64,000 bases of DNA, taken from Ophelia neglecta. Taxonomy: Eukaryota. Below, piece after piece: positions 26,601 to 37,416 of the stretch. Within the stretch, counting starts at the first letter, position 1. Every line of letters starts with the position of its first letter. The position numbers and the translations under genes are program-made. Location of the stretch: positions 14,012,001-14,076,000 of the forward strand of contig OZ260661.1 of the NCBI GenBank assembly GCA_965285935.1, given 5' to 3'. The notes beneath the pieces were generated by a model. The model was not told where the DNA came from and did not search any database. It was given only the letters and a program-made list of their open reading frames with translations.

Positions 26601-28861
26601 AGGAAGAGGGGTATACATTCCCTCTGATCAATGAATCAAACTGCGACTTCCATTACAAAATTGAGCAAAATCTAACTGGTGGACCAAGTATTGTTTTCAA
26701 CCAAAAGAATTTCTCAAAAATCACAAAAATCAGGGGCACTGAAAATAAAGTCCAATCGATTAAAGGATTAGACGCTAATTCTCTGTATCCGTTCTGTATG
26801 AAACAAAACCTACCTACCTCTACATTTATTAGGAGGAGGGCTACTGAAGGTTTTAGAGCTGAACGGATGGATGGTTTTAATTCCAGCTTTGTTGAAAAGG
26901 AGTTTTTCACTTACCAAAACCACGAGAGAAAGCTACGCAAATTGACTCCGATTATAACAAAAGAAACTAATGGGGGGAGAGACATTAAAGTGGGAAGGTA
27001 CAGGTTGGATGGTCTATCTCAACCAGATCATGATATAAGTGAATTTGAAAGTGATGATATCGCCTTTTTTTCAAAGCATGGTTTATTAGATAGGATGATA
27101 AAACCCATCGCGTGGGAGGTTAATGGATGTTACCATCATGGCTGCTCTTGCATGATCAAAAAAATATTTGAACAGCTAGAACAAACTGAAAACCCCGAAG
27201 ACAAACTGCATAAAGCCTATTTGCTAGAAAAATTACTCCAACGTAGGTTTGAAACAGAGTCAAAAGCTATGAGCCTGGATGCACTTGGGTATGTCGTTGA
27301 AATAATGTGGGAGTGTGAGTGGCGTGAAATATTGAAAACTTTTTCATTTGACCAAATCGAAAATGGTCATAAGATAAAGCCCTATCTGACTCGCAAGTTT
27401 AACAGTGGCAAAGATAAAATAGATGAAGCGTTTTTGATACGCGAGCTAAGCATGGATTTCCCAGAGAACGGAGAAGGTTTTTTTGGTTTGGTCAGGTGTG
27501 ATATCGAAGTGCCGCAAGAAGATATCGACGATGGAAAGTGGGACGAATTGGCGCCCCTTTTTATAAATACTGTCATTACTGAAGAAGATTTAACCGACTA
27601 CCAAATTGAACGCTTATCTCAAATGCCGGGTGCTAAACAACCAGTGAAACTGAAAAGAAGAATGTTAATTGACTGTTGGAAAATAGTGGGAGGAAATGGT
27701 CTTTTCTGTACAGAATTGTTGAGGTGGTATATTAAATTTGGCTTGAGAATAACAAAAATTTATGAAATTTTTGAAACTGTTCCAGGCAAGCCTTTTAACA
27801 ACTATATAGACTCGGTCGTGAAAGATAGAGTTTCTAAAGATAAGGCCGAAGTTATGCTTGACGCATACAATATTGTTATTAACGATCAGGAAAGGATGCG
27901 ACTTTTATCAGCACAACAAATAGAAAAAATGCATAGAGAAGTAGAAAGGTTGAAAGACGTGTGTATGATAGGAGATAGGTCCAAGGTGGATATGAATAGT
28001 TTTTATGGTAAACTTCTCGAAAACAAATCAAAACAAGAGGAGTGTAAATTTGTTAGAGGCATGACATCATCGTGCATAGAAGCTAGCAAACCTGGTTTAA
28101 AAAGTCATGTGCGTATAGGAGAAGACTCCTATCAAATAGGTAGAGCTAAAAGAAATATTAATTTCAACATGCCCAGTTACCTTGGCCTGTTTGTTTTGCA
28201 ACTAGCTAAGCTAACCGTTTTGCGGTTTGTGTACGAGTTTCTGTACAAGTGGTGTGATCCCGACAAAGTTCAGGCTTGTCAGATGGATACCGATAGTTTT
28301 TATGTTGCTATCGCAGGTCAAGGATTAGAAGATTGTTTACGAGAACAAGATTCTGAACTAGAAAATGAATTGTATTTGGAAAATTTTCGGGAGGCTTGTA
28401 AAGTTTGGTTGGCTACCGAGGAAATGGGAAATCTTAGGGCCCCAGGTTATTTTAAACTGGAATGGTCAGGCGAACGTATGCTTTCCCTAGCCTCTAAAAC
28501 ATATGCTGCAGACGGAGAGGGTGTTCAAACAAAAGTTTCGGCTAAGGGTGTACAAAACAGACTCAACGTTGATTTATTAACTGTAGACAATTATGCTCAA
28601 TGTTTGGAATCTGGCCAGCCAGTGCTTGTCACTCAGGCGGGTATTAGAATGGGGCGGGATTATGAATGCGCTGAGTATTGTCAACCGCTCGACAATCATC
28701 TTGTTAAAACATATAAAGGGTGCAAAGTCGGGTTGAACGCATGTAATTTACTGAAACGGAGAGTGTTTTCTGATGGAAGCACCCTCCCACATGCAAGGGC
28801 GTTCGTGATTGAAAAAATAGAACCTATGAAATTTAAACGAAGGCGCCTTGATAGAACCTAG
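23347..28861 (+). CDS. polB: Protein-primed family B DNA polymerase; predicted join(23347..23530,23688..28861), about 1785 aa; unspliced ORF 23867-28861
   Basis: ExoI SFDFES, ExoII GFNSGTYD, ExoIII YNNQDV, polymerase motifs LDANSLYP, K...NSFYGK, MDTDS and KTY; OTU-like DGLCFFRAL and VSR-like EVNGCYHHGC..WECEW; donor AAG|GTGAGT and acceptor after a pyrimidine tract keep the frame. Confidence 0.93.
23576..23618. repeat. (AT)n microsatellite inside the predicted pPolB intron
   Basis: Directly visible. Confidence 0.9.
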
Positions 28862-28929
28862 AATATCAACATGATAAAGTTATATTTACTATGATGTGTA
28901 TTATATGTATATTGTATATTTATATGGTT

Positions 28930-29160
28930 ATACTAAAGAATTAAATCACAACAAGAATAATAATATATTTTTTATTAAACCAAGTTTATTTCTAATGAAT
29001 CATTCGAAAATAATGTGGTATTATGATTATATTCTATGTATTGAAAAATAAAATAAAATGTTCATTAACCAAGTCCACTTTTAATCAATCATTCGAAAAT
29101 AATGTGGTATTATGATTATATTCAATGTATTAAAGAAATAAAATGTTCATTTCTTCAATT
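28930..29160. terminator. AT-rich region between convergent genes, with an 89-bp-period duplication and AATAAA signals on both strands
   Basis: AATCATTCGAAAATAATGTGGTATTATGATTATATTC at 28998 and 29087; AATAAA and TTTATT hexamers; lies between the stops of polB and ORF 29173. Confidence 0.5.
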
Positions 29161-29172
29161 ATTTTTCTGTCA

Positions 29173-29922
29173 TCATCTTGTTATATATTTCTTTACTTTA
29201 GCTCTCGGATCTCCAACTTTATTCGACGTACACATCCGTTTTTTAGGCGAAGGTTTAAGCGGCGTGGGAGGGGGTTGATTGCCTGACACAGTCACTCCAT
29301 TGCTAGCCATCAGATGTACGGGGTAGGGTCCTGCAGGTATTTCCCGTTGAACTAAGTTAGGGTTGGGTTTTTTGTTGATCATTGCTGGCCCAGGTTGTTC
29401 AATATGACCCTGATTGGTAGAGAGCTGGTTCATATTCATCAAGTCAGTGAGAATATGGTCGGCGTTGTAGCTGTCGAACATTTGACCTTCTTGTCCCGCA
29501 TAGGCAGACATATTTTCGGGACACTGAGTTTGGCCTGTCATGTCAGCTACTCCTGCTGCTTCTCCGCTGCTCACCTCGCACTCTTGAAATTGCTCATCTC
29601 CCTCGTCATAAATGCTGTTAATGTCTTTCAGAATCCACACAGCAGGAGCGTTAATTTCTGCTCCTGCAGAAACTTTTACTAATGGTAAAGTGTTCAGGTT
29701 GGTTAAATCTCGCATCGATATATATATAGGACAGTCTCTTACCCCATCAACTATGAAACCGTAGTGAATTGTCCTATTATAGTCACCATCTTCATTCATC
29801 AATTCGCTGATCAGAGTCAATTTAGGTCGGCTATGGCGTTTTCGTTTTGCTATTTTAGTCACTTCATTAGGTAGATCAAGAGCTACTGGTAGAGCCATGA
29901 CGCTTGTTGTTGTGTCTTCCAT
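29173..29922 (-). CDS. Polinton hypothetical protein (249 aa) with low-complexity C-terminal half and NLS-like PSPKKRM
   Basis: Long ATG-initiated ORF within the element; no family recognised. Confidence 0.65.
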   Translation of the reverse strand: MEDTTTSVMALPVALDLPNEVTKIAKRKRHSRPKLTLISELMNEDGDYNRTIHYGFIVDGVRDCPIYISMRDLTNLNTLPLVKVSAGAEINAPAVWILKDINSIYDEGDEQFQECEVSSGEAAGVADMTGQTQCPENMSAYAGQEGQMFDSYNADHILTDLMNMNQLSTNQGHIEQPGPAMINKKPNPNLVQREIPAGPYPVHLMASNGVTVSGNQPPPTPLKPSPKKRMCTSNKVGDPRAKVKKYITR

Positions 29923-30190
29923 GACTAATACTTTTTGAATGAACCGTAAAGTCAGTTTACCAAAAAAATATACAGAGTCTTGACATTCCCAGACAGCATG
30001 AATTTTTCAAATATTATCCGCTACCAGTTTAACCGTCACCCGCTTATTATACATTAACTAGCGCAGCTTGAGATCAGCTGGAAGCATTATTTATGACTCA
30101 CCAACTGTCTAACGGTCACCGTCTAATTTGAAAGAAAAGAATCTCACACCATCGCGTCATGTTATGAGTGACAAAAGGTCAACATCTGGT

Positions 30191-31705
30191 TTATATCCAA
30201 GTGTAAGCAATCTGCCTGTTGCCCATCAATTCTAGATTGTCGTTGTATGTACTGAAAATTATCATGTTCATAGAATGGGCAAGGGGCTGCTTAAATTTAA
30301 CATGAAAGTTTATGGGTGATGTATTTAAAGTATCGAAAATATTAGAACTAGGGTCTTGGTCTTGGTCATTGGTCAAATCAAATGGGAAAAGCGTGTACCC
30401 TTCTTCACACCACTCTCTGTAATTCAAATCTAATGTTTTATTACCGAGTGAATTAAAACCAATCTTTTTAAACTCTTTGTAAGGGTCCATAGCACTGCCT
30501 GTCAGTGCGGCTTCACTGTTATCTTCGGCCAAATTCAAATTTTTATATTTAGAAGCCGGATAATCTTTTCCATTTCTGGTGAAATACATTTCGTCTATAT
30601 TAGCGTTTACAAAATCAAATATGCTATGTCCGTATGACCCTTGGAAGTTGGTTGTGTTTAGCATACCCACTATTACTCTCCGCGGAGATTGATTATTAAA
30701 CAAGCTCTGAGCATTGTAAGTACCTGTGCCTGCAGGAATATTATGTTGTTTAAGCTCGGTTCTGTTAGCTAGGGGGTAATTTGCAGGGTGGGATCTGAGG
30801 TATGAGTTGACTTTCATTTGATCATTATCATCAAGTTTATGACGTACCAGGTTTATGTATATGTCTTCTATAACCATTTTAGTATCCGGTGCCGTGTTGG
30901 CGTTAGCCGGACCCCTCCCATTTTTCCAAAAAATACTCTCGTCGTTAGCAGTCAAATCAACTGTTATGTCAGTATTGGGAATAATGCACTTTGGCTGTTC
31001 GAATAAAAAATGTTTAAGTTTTCCCGATATATAATAACTTTTTGTGGGTTCAGCCGTTTTCCCCAACCTCAAACTTATGTTAGGATTAGATTCGTGGTAT
31101 GGGATGTCTTCTGTACCGACGGCAACGGCGGTTCGGCAAGGTTTGCTAAGTTTTTCGAACCATGTCGTTTCCCCTAAATATTCTACATCTTCTTCCTTCG
31201 TAGTGGTTAATGTTTTAATCCATGCACTAATTGCATAGTTTTGATCGTGGTCGTGAAGAATTTCTTGATTAATAGACACCTTAACAAACTTCCACAGTGA
31301 ATGTAAAATTTGAGTTTCTGGGTAAGACAGCATATCTGCATTCAAAATTGTATTTTCGGCATTTGTAGTTGATTTAGGTTTGTTAGCTCCGTTTCTGTTC
31401 ACAATTTTAAATTTAATACGTATTTCACTTTCTTTAAGGTTCATCCATAAAGCATTACCCCCCAAGAGAAAGGTAAACACACGCACACCAACCGCATCTT
31501 GTTGTATACCTTGTAGTGGTCTAATCAATTCTTCTGTGGTGTTTGTTATCGACCTCTGTACCGGAGGTTTGTAGCCGACATCAAATTGAGGTAGAAAGAC
31601 GGAATTAAGCCTAGCATTGGGGATGGGACTTTTTTCAGTAGGTTCCTGCATAGATCCGCTCTGTCCTTTGAAAGCATGTTTTCTTTTTTTCATACTAGGA
31701 GGCAT
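30191..31705 (-). CDS. Polinton major capsid protein (double jelly-roll, PY-like), 504 aa
   Basis: Size and motifs LHSLWK.VKVSIN, PRRVIVGML...FQGSY..SIFDF, GYTLFPFDLT.DQD typical of Polinton major capsid proteins. Confidence 0.88.
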   Translation of the reverse strand: MPPSMKKRKHAFKGQSGSMQEPTEKSPIPNARLNSVFLPQFDVGYKPPVQRSITNTTEELIRPLQGIQQDAVGVRVFTFLLGGNALWMNLKESEIRIKFKIVNRNGANKPKSTTNAENTILNADMLSYPETQILHSLWKFVKVSINQEILHDHDQNYAISAWIKTLTTTKEEDVEYLGETTWFEKLSKPCRTAVAVGTEDIPYHESNPNISLRLGKTAEPTKSYYISGKLKHFLFEQPKCIIPNTDITVDLTANDESIFWKNGRGPANANTAPDTKMVIEDIYINLVRHKLDDNDQMKVNSYLRSHPANYPLANRTELKQHNIPAGTGTYNAQSLFNNQSPRRVIVGMLNTTNFQGSYGHSIFDFVNANIDEMYFTRNGKDYPASKYKNLNLAEDNSEAALTGSAMDPYKEFKKIGFNSLGNKTLDLNYREWCEEGYTLFPFDLTNDQDQDPSSNIFDTLNTSPINFHVKFKQPLAHSMNMIIFSTYNDNLELMGNRQIAYTWI

Positions 31706-31754
31706 AGCTCTGACACGTCTGTTCCGGTGAGAACTAAAATGTCTAATGGACGCT

Positions 31755-32426
31755 TTAAGCTTCAGACAATACCTTAATAATATGAGGGTTGGAAAAAAGA
31801 ATTTTCTTTTTAGTCAATTGATTGCCTTTGGCTAAAAAAGTAAGGTGCTTTAGGATTTTGTCCTTCCCTTGGAAATCAACTTTTTTTTTCAATATATTTT
31901 TTGCTATATTGGAAAACATTTTAATATCATTGATACCGCTCTTAGACCAGAGGCGGGTGAGAATATCACTTTTCTTCAACCCTCTATATGTTTTCAACAG
32001 CTCCGATACGGAAGTGGAATTAAATCCGTTGTCACCAACACCGCCATTGTTAACTGAGACTTTCACTGATGGTTTCTTTTTTTCGCCCGTTTTCTTTTTC
32101 AATTTAGTGTGGATCTTTTTCAATTTTCTCACACCGGACTCTGATTCTTCATTTTGCCCGTTATCATCAAGCTCTGTTTCACTGTCATTGATGTCGGCAA
32201 TTTTCTTTTTACCTTTACCAAAAGGAAGTTTTTTTCTGGACTTAGACTTAGATTTGGTTGTTTTATTTCTTCGTTTACTAACGACTCGACCATTGAGTTT
32301 CCTTTCTCTTACTTCCATCATGTTCAAACTTTTTGTTGTTGGTTCATTCCAGTGGGCTAAGCTGGTACCATTATTCCATTGATCCATCCTAAAATCAAAG
32401 GCAGTTTTAATTAGAATCATAGGCAC
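31755..32426 (-). CDS. Lys-rich basic protein (223 aa), possible core or DNA-condensing protein
   Basis: ORF with K/R-rich tracts, co-oriented with and directly upstream of the major capsid gene. Confidence 0.6.
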   Translation of the reverse strand: MPMILIKTAFDFRMDQWNNGTSLAHWNEPTTKSLNMMEVRERKLNGRVVSKRRNKTTKSKSKSRKKLPFGKGKKKIADINDSETELDDNGQNEESESGVRKLKKIHTKLKKKTGEKKKPSVKVSVNNGGVGDNGFNSTSVSELLKTYRGLKKSDILTRLWSKSGINDIKMFSNIAKNILKKKVDFQGKDKILKHLTFLAKGNQLTKKKILFSNPHIIKVLSEA

Positions 32427-32477
32427 ATCATAAGCATATCAAACACGCATGTAACATTAAACCGACCTGTACATACA

Positions 32478-32666
32478 TCAGAACCGCAATCCTAATGTAG
32501 GGTGGGGCTTAAACTTTTTCCTCGGTCCTCCAAACGCCGCTTTAAATAGAGGAGCCATTAAAGTTGAACCAACAGCAAATGCAAGTGACAATGATCCGCC
32601 TTTTTGACAACGCTTCTTTCGCCTTTTCAGTTTTTTCCTCACCGAACATTTTCTCTTGCTAGCCAT
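32478..32666 (-). CDS. Small basic core-like protein (62 aa) with QKGG motif followed by a hydrophobic segment
   Basis: MASKRKCSVRKKLKRRKKRCQKGGSLSLAFAVGSTLMAPLF; layout resembles adenovirus pX-type precursors. Confidence 0.6.
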   Translation of the reverse strand: MASKRKCSVRKKLKRRKKRCQKGGSLSLAFAVGSTLMAPLFKAAFGGPRKKFKPHPTLGLRF

Positions 32667-32805
32667 TCTTAAACTGTCTTAACTCTATGCTGACACTCAC
32701 ATATATATTCATCCGTTTAAATCTAAGCTTATTTTTTTACAAGCTTTTTGAGGAGACAGGTCATAACATGGCGAGGTTGGTTTTCTTTATGCATCAAATA
32801 TTTTA

Positions 32806-35589
32806 TAACGTCAGATTTAGTAACGTCAGATTTAGTAACGTCAGATAAAGTAACGTCCGATTTAGTAACGTCAGATAAAGTAACGTCAGATTTAGTAACG
32901 TCAGATTTAGTAACGTCAGATTTAGTAACGTCAGATTTAGTAACGTCAGATAAAGTAACGTCAGATTTAGTAACGTCAGATTTATGTCAGATTTAGTAAC
33001 GTCAGATTTAGTAACGTCAGATTTAGTAACGTCAGATAAAGTAACGTCAGATTTAGTAACGTCAGATAAAGTAACGTCAGATTTAGTAACGTCAGATTTA
33101 GTAATGTCAGATTTAGTAACGTCAGATTTAGTAACGTCAGATAAAGTAACGTCAGATTTAGTAACGTCAGATTTAGTAACGTCAGATAAAGTAACGTCAG
33201 ATTTAGTAACGTCAGATTTAGTAACGTCAGATTTAGTAACGTCAGATAAAGTAACGTCAGATTTAGTAACGTCAGATTTAGTAACGTCAGATAAAGTAAC
33301 GTCAGATTTAGTAACGTCAGATTTAGTAACGTCAGATTAAGAGTAACGTCAGATTTAGTGACGTCAGATTGAGTAACGTCAGATTTAGAGTAACGTCAGA
33401 TTTAGTAACGTCAGATTTAGTAACGTCAGATAAAGTAACGTCAGATTTAGTAACGTCAGATTTAGAGTAACGTCAGATTTAGTAACGTCAGATCTAGTAA
33501 CGTCAGATTTAGTAACGTCAGATTTAGTAACGTCAGATTAAGTAACGTCAGATTTAGTAACGTCAGATTTAGTAACGTCAGATTTAGTAACGTCAGATTA
33601 AGTAACGTCAGATTTAGTAACGTCAGATTTAGTAACGTCAGATAAAGTAACGTCAGATTTAGTAACGTCAGATTTAGAGTAACGTCAGATTTAGTAACGT
33701 CAGATTTAGTAACGTCAGATTTAGTAACGTCAGAATTAGTAACGTCAGATAAAGTAACGTCAGATTTAGTAACGTCAGATTTAGTAACGTCAGATTTAGT
33801 AACGTCAGATTTAGTAACGTCAGATAAAGTAACGTCAGATTTAGTAACGTCAGATTTAGTAACGTCAGATAAAGTAACGTCAGATTTAGTAACGTCAGAT
33901 TTAGTAACGTCAGATAAAGTAACGTCAGATTTAGTAACGTCAGATTTAGTAACGTCAGATAAAGTAACTTCAGATTTAGTAACGTCAGATTTAGTAACGT
34001 CAGATTAAGAGTAACGTCAGATTTAGTAACGTCAGATTGAGTAACGTCAGATTTAGAGTAACGTCAGATTTAGTAACGTCAGATTTAGTAACGTCAGATT
34101 TAGTAACGTCAGATAAAGTAACGTCAGATTTAGTAACGTCAGATTTAGAGTAACGTCAGATTTAGTAACGTCAGATCTAGTAACGTCAGATTTAGTAACG
34201 TCAGATTTAGTAACGTCAGATTTAGTAACGTCAGATTAAGTAACGTCAGATTTAGTAACGTCAGATTTAGTAACGTCAGATTTAGTAACGTCAGATTTAG
34301 TAACGTCAGATAAAGTAACGTCAGATTTAGTAACGTCAGATTTAGAGTAACGTCAGATTTAGTAACGTCAGATTTAGTAACGTCAGATTTAGTAACGTCA
34401 GAATTAGTAACGTCAGATAAAGTAACGTCAGATTTAGTAACGTCAGATTTAGTAACGTCAGATTTAGTAACGTCAGATCTAGTAACGTCAGGTTTAGTAA
34501 CGTCAGATTTAGTAACGTCAGATTTAGTAACGTCAGATTAAGTAACGTCAGATTTAGTAACGTCAGATTTAGTAACGTCAGATAAAGTAACGTCAGATTT
34601 AGTAACGTCAGATTTAGTAACGTCAGATTTAGTAACGTCAGATAAAGTAACGTCAGATTTAGTAACGTCAGATTTAGAGTAACGTCAGATTTAGTAACGT
34701 CAGATTTAGTAACGTCAGATTTAGTAACGTCAGATTTAGTAACGTCAGATAAAGTAACGTCAGATTTAGTAACGTCAGATTTAGTAACGTCAGATTTAGT
34801 AACGTCAGATCTAGTAACGTCAGATTTAGCAACGTCAGATTTAGTAACGTCAGATAAAGTAACGTCAGATAAAGTAACGTCAGATTTAGTAACGTCAGAT
34901 TAAGTAACGTCAGATTAAGTAACGTCAGATTTAGTAACGTCAGATTTAGTAACGTCAGATTAAGTAACGTCAGATTTAGTAACGTCAGATTTAGTAACGT
35001 CAGATTTAGTAACGTCAGATACGTCAGATTTAGTAACGTCAGATTTAGTAACGTCAGATAAAGTAACGTCAGATTTAGTAACGTCAGATTTAGTAACGTC
35101 AGATTTAGTAACGTCAGATTTAGTCAGATTTAGTAACGTCAGATTTAGTAACGTCAGATTAAGTAACGTCAGATTTAGTAACGTCAGATTTAGTAACGTC
35201 AGATTTAGTAACGTCAGATTTAGTAACGTCAGATAAAGTAACGTCAGATTTAGTAACGTCAGATTTAGTAACGTCAGATAAAGTAACGTCAGATTTAGTA
35301 ACGTCAGATTTAGTAACGTCAGATTTAGTAACGTCAGATAAAGTAACGTCAGATTTAGTAACGTCAGATTTAGTAACGTCAGATAAAGTAACGTCAGATT
35401 TAGTAACGTCAGATTTAGTAACGTCAGATAAAGTAACGTCAGATAAAGTAACGTCAGATTTAGTAACGTCAGATTTAGTAACGTCAGATTTAGTTAGGTC
35501 AGATTTAGTAACGTCAGATAAAGTAACGTCAGCTTTAGCAACGTCAGATTTAGTAACGTCAGATTTAGTAAAGTTAGATTTAGTAACGT
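32806..35589. repeat. 15-bp tandem satellite (AGTAACGTCAGATTT, variant ...ATAA), about 185 copies, about 2.8 kb
   Basis: Directly visible; occasional 17-bp and 10-bp variants; variant pattern repeated at about 668-bp spacing. Confidence 0.98.
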
Positions 35590-35591
35590 TT

Positions 35592-36050
35592 ATTCAAATT
35601 GTTAAAGGTCTACCGAATACGGAAATATTTAACAAAATAAGAAAAGACAGGCTCATTATTCTAGATGATTTGATGTCGGATTTACATGGTCAGACTGTGA
35701 ACGATTTGTTTACAAAAGGCTCTCATCACACTAAAACTAGTGTCTGCTTATCTACTCAAAATTTATTCGATGCACATATGAGAACGGTGTCCATCAATTC
35801 TCACTTTATGGTTATTATGAAAAACCCTCGAGACAAAAAAAAATTTAATAATTTAGCCTGTCAAATGTCATCTAAAAGTGGAAATAATTTTCTCAACGAT
35901 TGCTTTAGATGTGCTACATACAAACCTCATGGGTATCTATTTATGGCCCATGATCAAAATACTCCTGACATTCTAAGATTTCGAACTTTTATTTTTCCTG
36001 ACGACCCTAAGAATGTAGTTTTTGTACCGTGGAATAAATCTGGTATTTAA
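35592..36050 (+). pseudogene. Polinton A32/FtsK-HerA-like packaging ATPase, C-terminal half only (Walker A absent)
   Basis: In-frame IQIVKGLP...RLIILDDLM (Walker B), LFTKGSHH..SVCLSTQNLF, RTVSINSHFMVIMKNPRD, HGYL, TPD.LRFRT.IF; no GxxGxGK found upstream. Confidence 0.88.
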
Positions 36051-36091
36051 ACTCATTACTTGTCATATAAAACGCATTACGAGCTTAAGCC

Positions 36092-36529
36092 ATGGTTAGT
36101 GTGGGTGTACTTCGTGCCAGTGTTCGAGTTCCTGTTCTGTCTCAGGAGGGTGCTGGGAACCATCGACAGAGGGGCAGAGGTCAGGGTAAGGTTAGATGGA
36201 GACAGAAAGGGAGAGGCGCCAGGGCTCGAATGAAAAGGACTAAAGCTTTGAACACTTTAGCAGTAGCTGTTAACAAGAGGTCAAAAGTCATTAGGCCGGT
36301 AGCAAAACCATCGGATGATAGAATAAACAGGAGAAAGACTGGCAAAGTTTTAAATCGACTGCACTCGTCTATCAAAAGGTCAGGCATCAAGAATTTTTTA
36401 ACACATGTGGGCAAGAATGTGGTTCGAGCCGCTAAAATAGGCGGTACACGAGTTTTAAAACATACTGGAAAACACGTAAAACGGGAATTGAACAAAATAT
36501 TAAGTTCTGGCATCAATTCTTTAGGATAG
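36092..36529 (+). CDS. Basic core-like Polinton protein (145 aa) with QEGAG, QRGRG and QKGRG motifs
   Basis: R/K-rich ORF in CCATGG context with repeated QxGxG; TATAAAA just upstream. Confidence 0.7.
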   Translation: MVSVGVLRASVRVPVLSQEGAGNHRQRGRGQGKVRWRQKGRGARARMKRTKALNTLAVAVNKRSKVIRPVAKPSDDRINRRKTGKVLNRLHSSIKRSGIKNFLTHVGKNVVRAAKIGGTRVLKHTGKHVKRELNKILSSGINSLG

Positions 36530-36559
36530 ATAACAATTCAACCAACAGACCCGCTAATC

Positions 36560-37408
36560 ATGATTCGACATCCTAAGGAACCTAATAAAACATTCAGAAT
36601 TATGCAAATAGATGACCTCCATACGTCAGGACTTACACTACCTCCAACTCCCCTACCTCCCGATCCGGAAGACAATAAACCGGCTACAAAGAGTGACTTC
36701 AAAGAATTTGTTAATCAAATTGATTACAACCCGATTTATATGAGAGATCCAGATTTAGAGGCATCAAAAAAGTATGATATCCTTAAAGACGAAATATTCA
36801 GAAGACCAGGGAATTTAAGCGCCGCTCAACAGAACACCATTTATAACGAAGCTGACCACAGGTTTAAAACATATAAAGCTAAGGCAGTTGCTAAGTCAGG
36901 TCTTTCTCAAGACACCAACAATAATAGTGCTTCGCAGAAAAGAAGTCGGGAAGACTTACTTATTTTATTGAGCAAGGCACAAAGGGCGAGACATCATGAT
37001 CTATTAGACAAACTTGAGAGACAAGGAATCGATTGGAATGAAAGAGGTGAGATAATGGATCCCAGCACAGGGAAGATAGTACATGGTTCGAATTTGACTG
37101 AAATATTACGCTATCAAACATTACCTAAGAAAGGTTCGACGCGAATACCTCTTGGCTTAGATATTGTTGAATCTACTTTTAAAGCACCTAAACTTTCAAA
37201 AGAACGAGTAAAACAGCTAAAAGCCAAGGCGAAAGTGGTTAAAGCTAAAGCGACAGACACAGCAGCAACTACAACCAGTCTTGCTGAAAAGCGCTTAACA
37301 GAAGCCTTCGCTCGTCAGTTGTTTTATTCCCACAAAAAGAAACAGGCTCAAAAAAAGTCTCGTAAAACTAAGGGCAAAGGTGGTACTCTGGCTTCCAGTT
37401 TATTTTGA
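36560..37408 (+). CDS. Conserved-type Polinton protein (282 aa) with IDWNERGEI...IVHGSNLTEIL motif
   Basis: WN..GE....I.GSN..(D/E)L motif recalled from Polinton ORFs lying near the ATPase and integrase genes; function unknown. Confidence 0.7.
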   Translation: MIRHPKEPNKTFRIMQIDDLHTSGLTLPPTPLPPDPEDNKPATKSDFKEFVNQIDYNPIYMRDPDLEASKKYDILKDEIFRRPGNLSAAQQNTIYNEADHRFKTYKAKAVAKSGLSQDTNNNSASQKRSREDLLILLSKAQRARHHDLLDKLERQGIDWNERGEIMDPSTGKIVHGSNLTEILRYQTLPKKGSTRIPLGLDIVESTFKAPKLSKERVKQLKAKAKVVKAKATDTAATTTSLAEKRLTEAFARQLFYSHKKKQAQKKSRKTKGKGGTLASSLF

Positions 37409-37416
37409 AAAGAAAA

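Noticed and set aside
31822-32382. 186-aa plus-strand Phe/Leu-rich ORF and other antisense ORFs over viral genes
   Set aside because: Antisense shadows of Lys-rich or otherwise well-supported genes
32806-35589. CRISPR-like array, or real VTSDL-repeat proteins (ORFs 32748 and 32984)
   Set aside because: Head-to-tail 15-mers with no unique spacers and no cas genes, in a eukaryotic context; the ORFs are by-products of one stop-poor frame that is broken by indels
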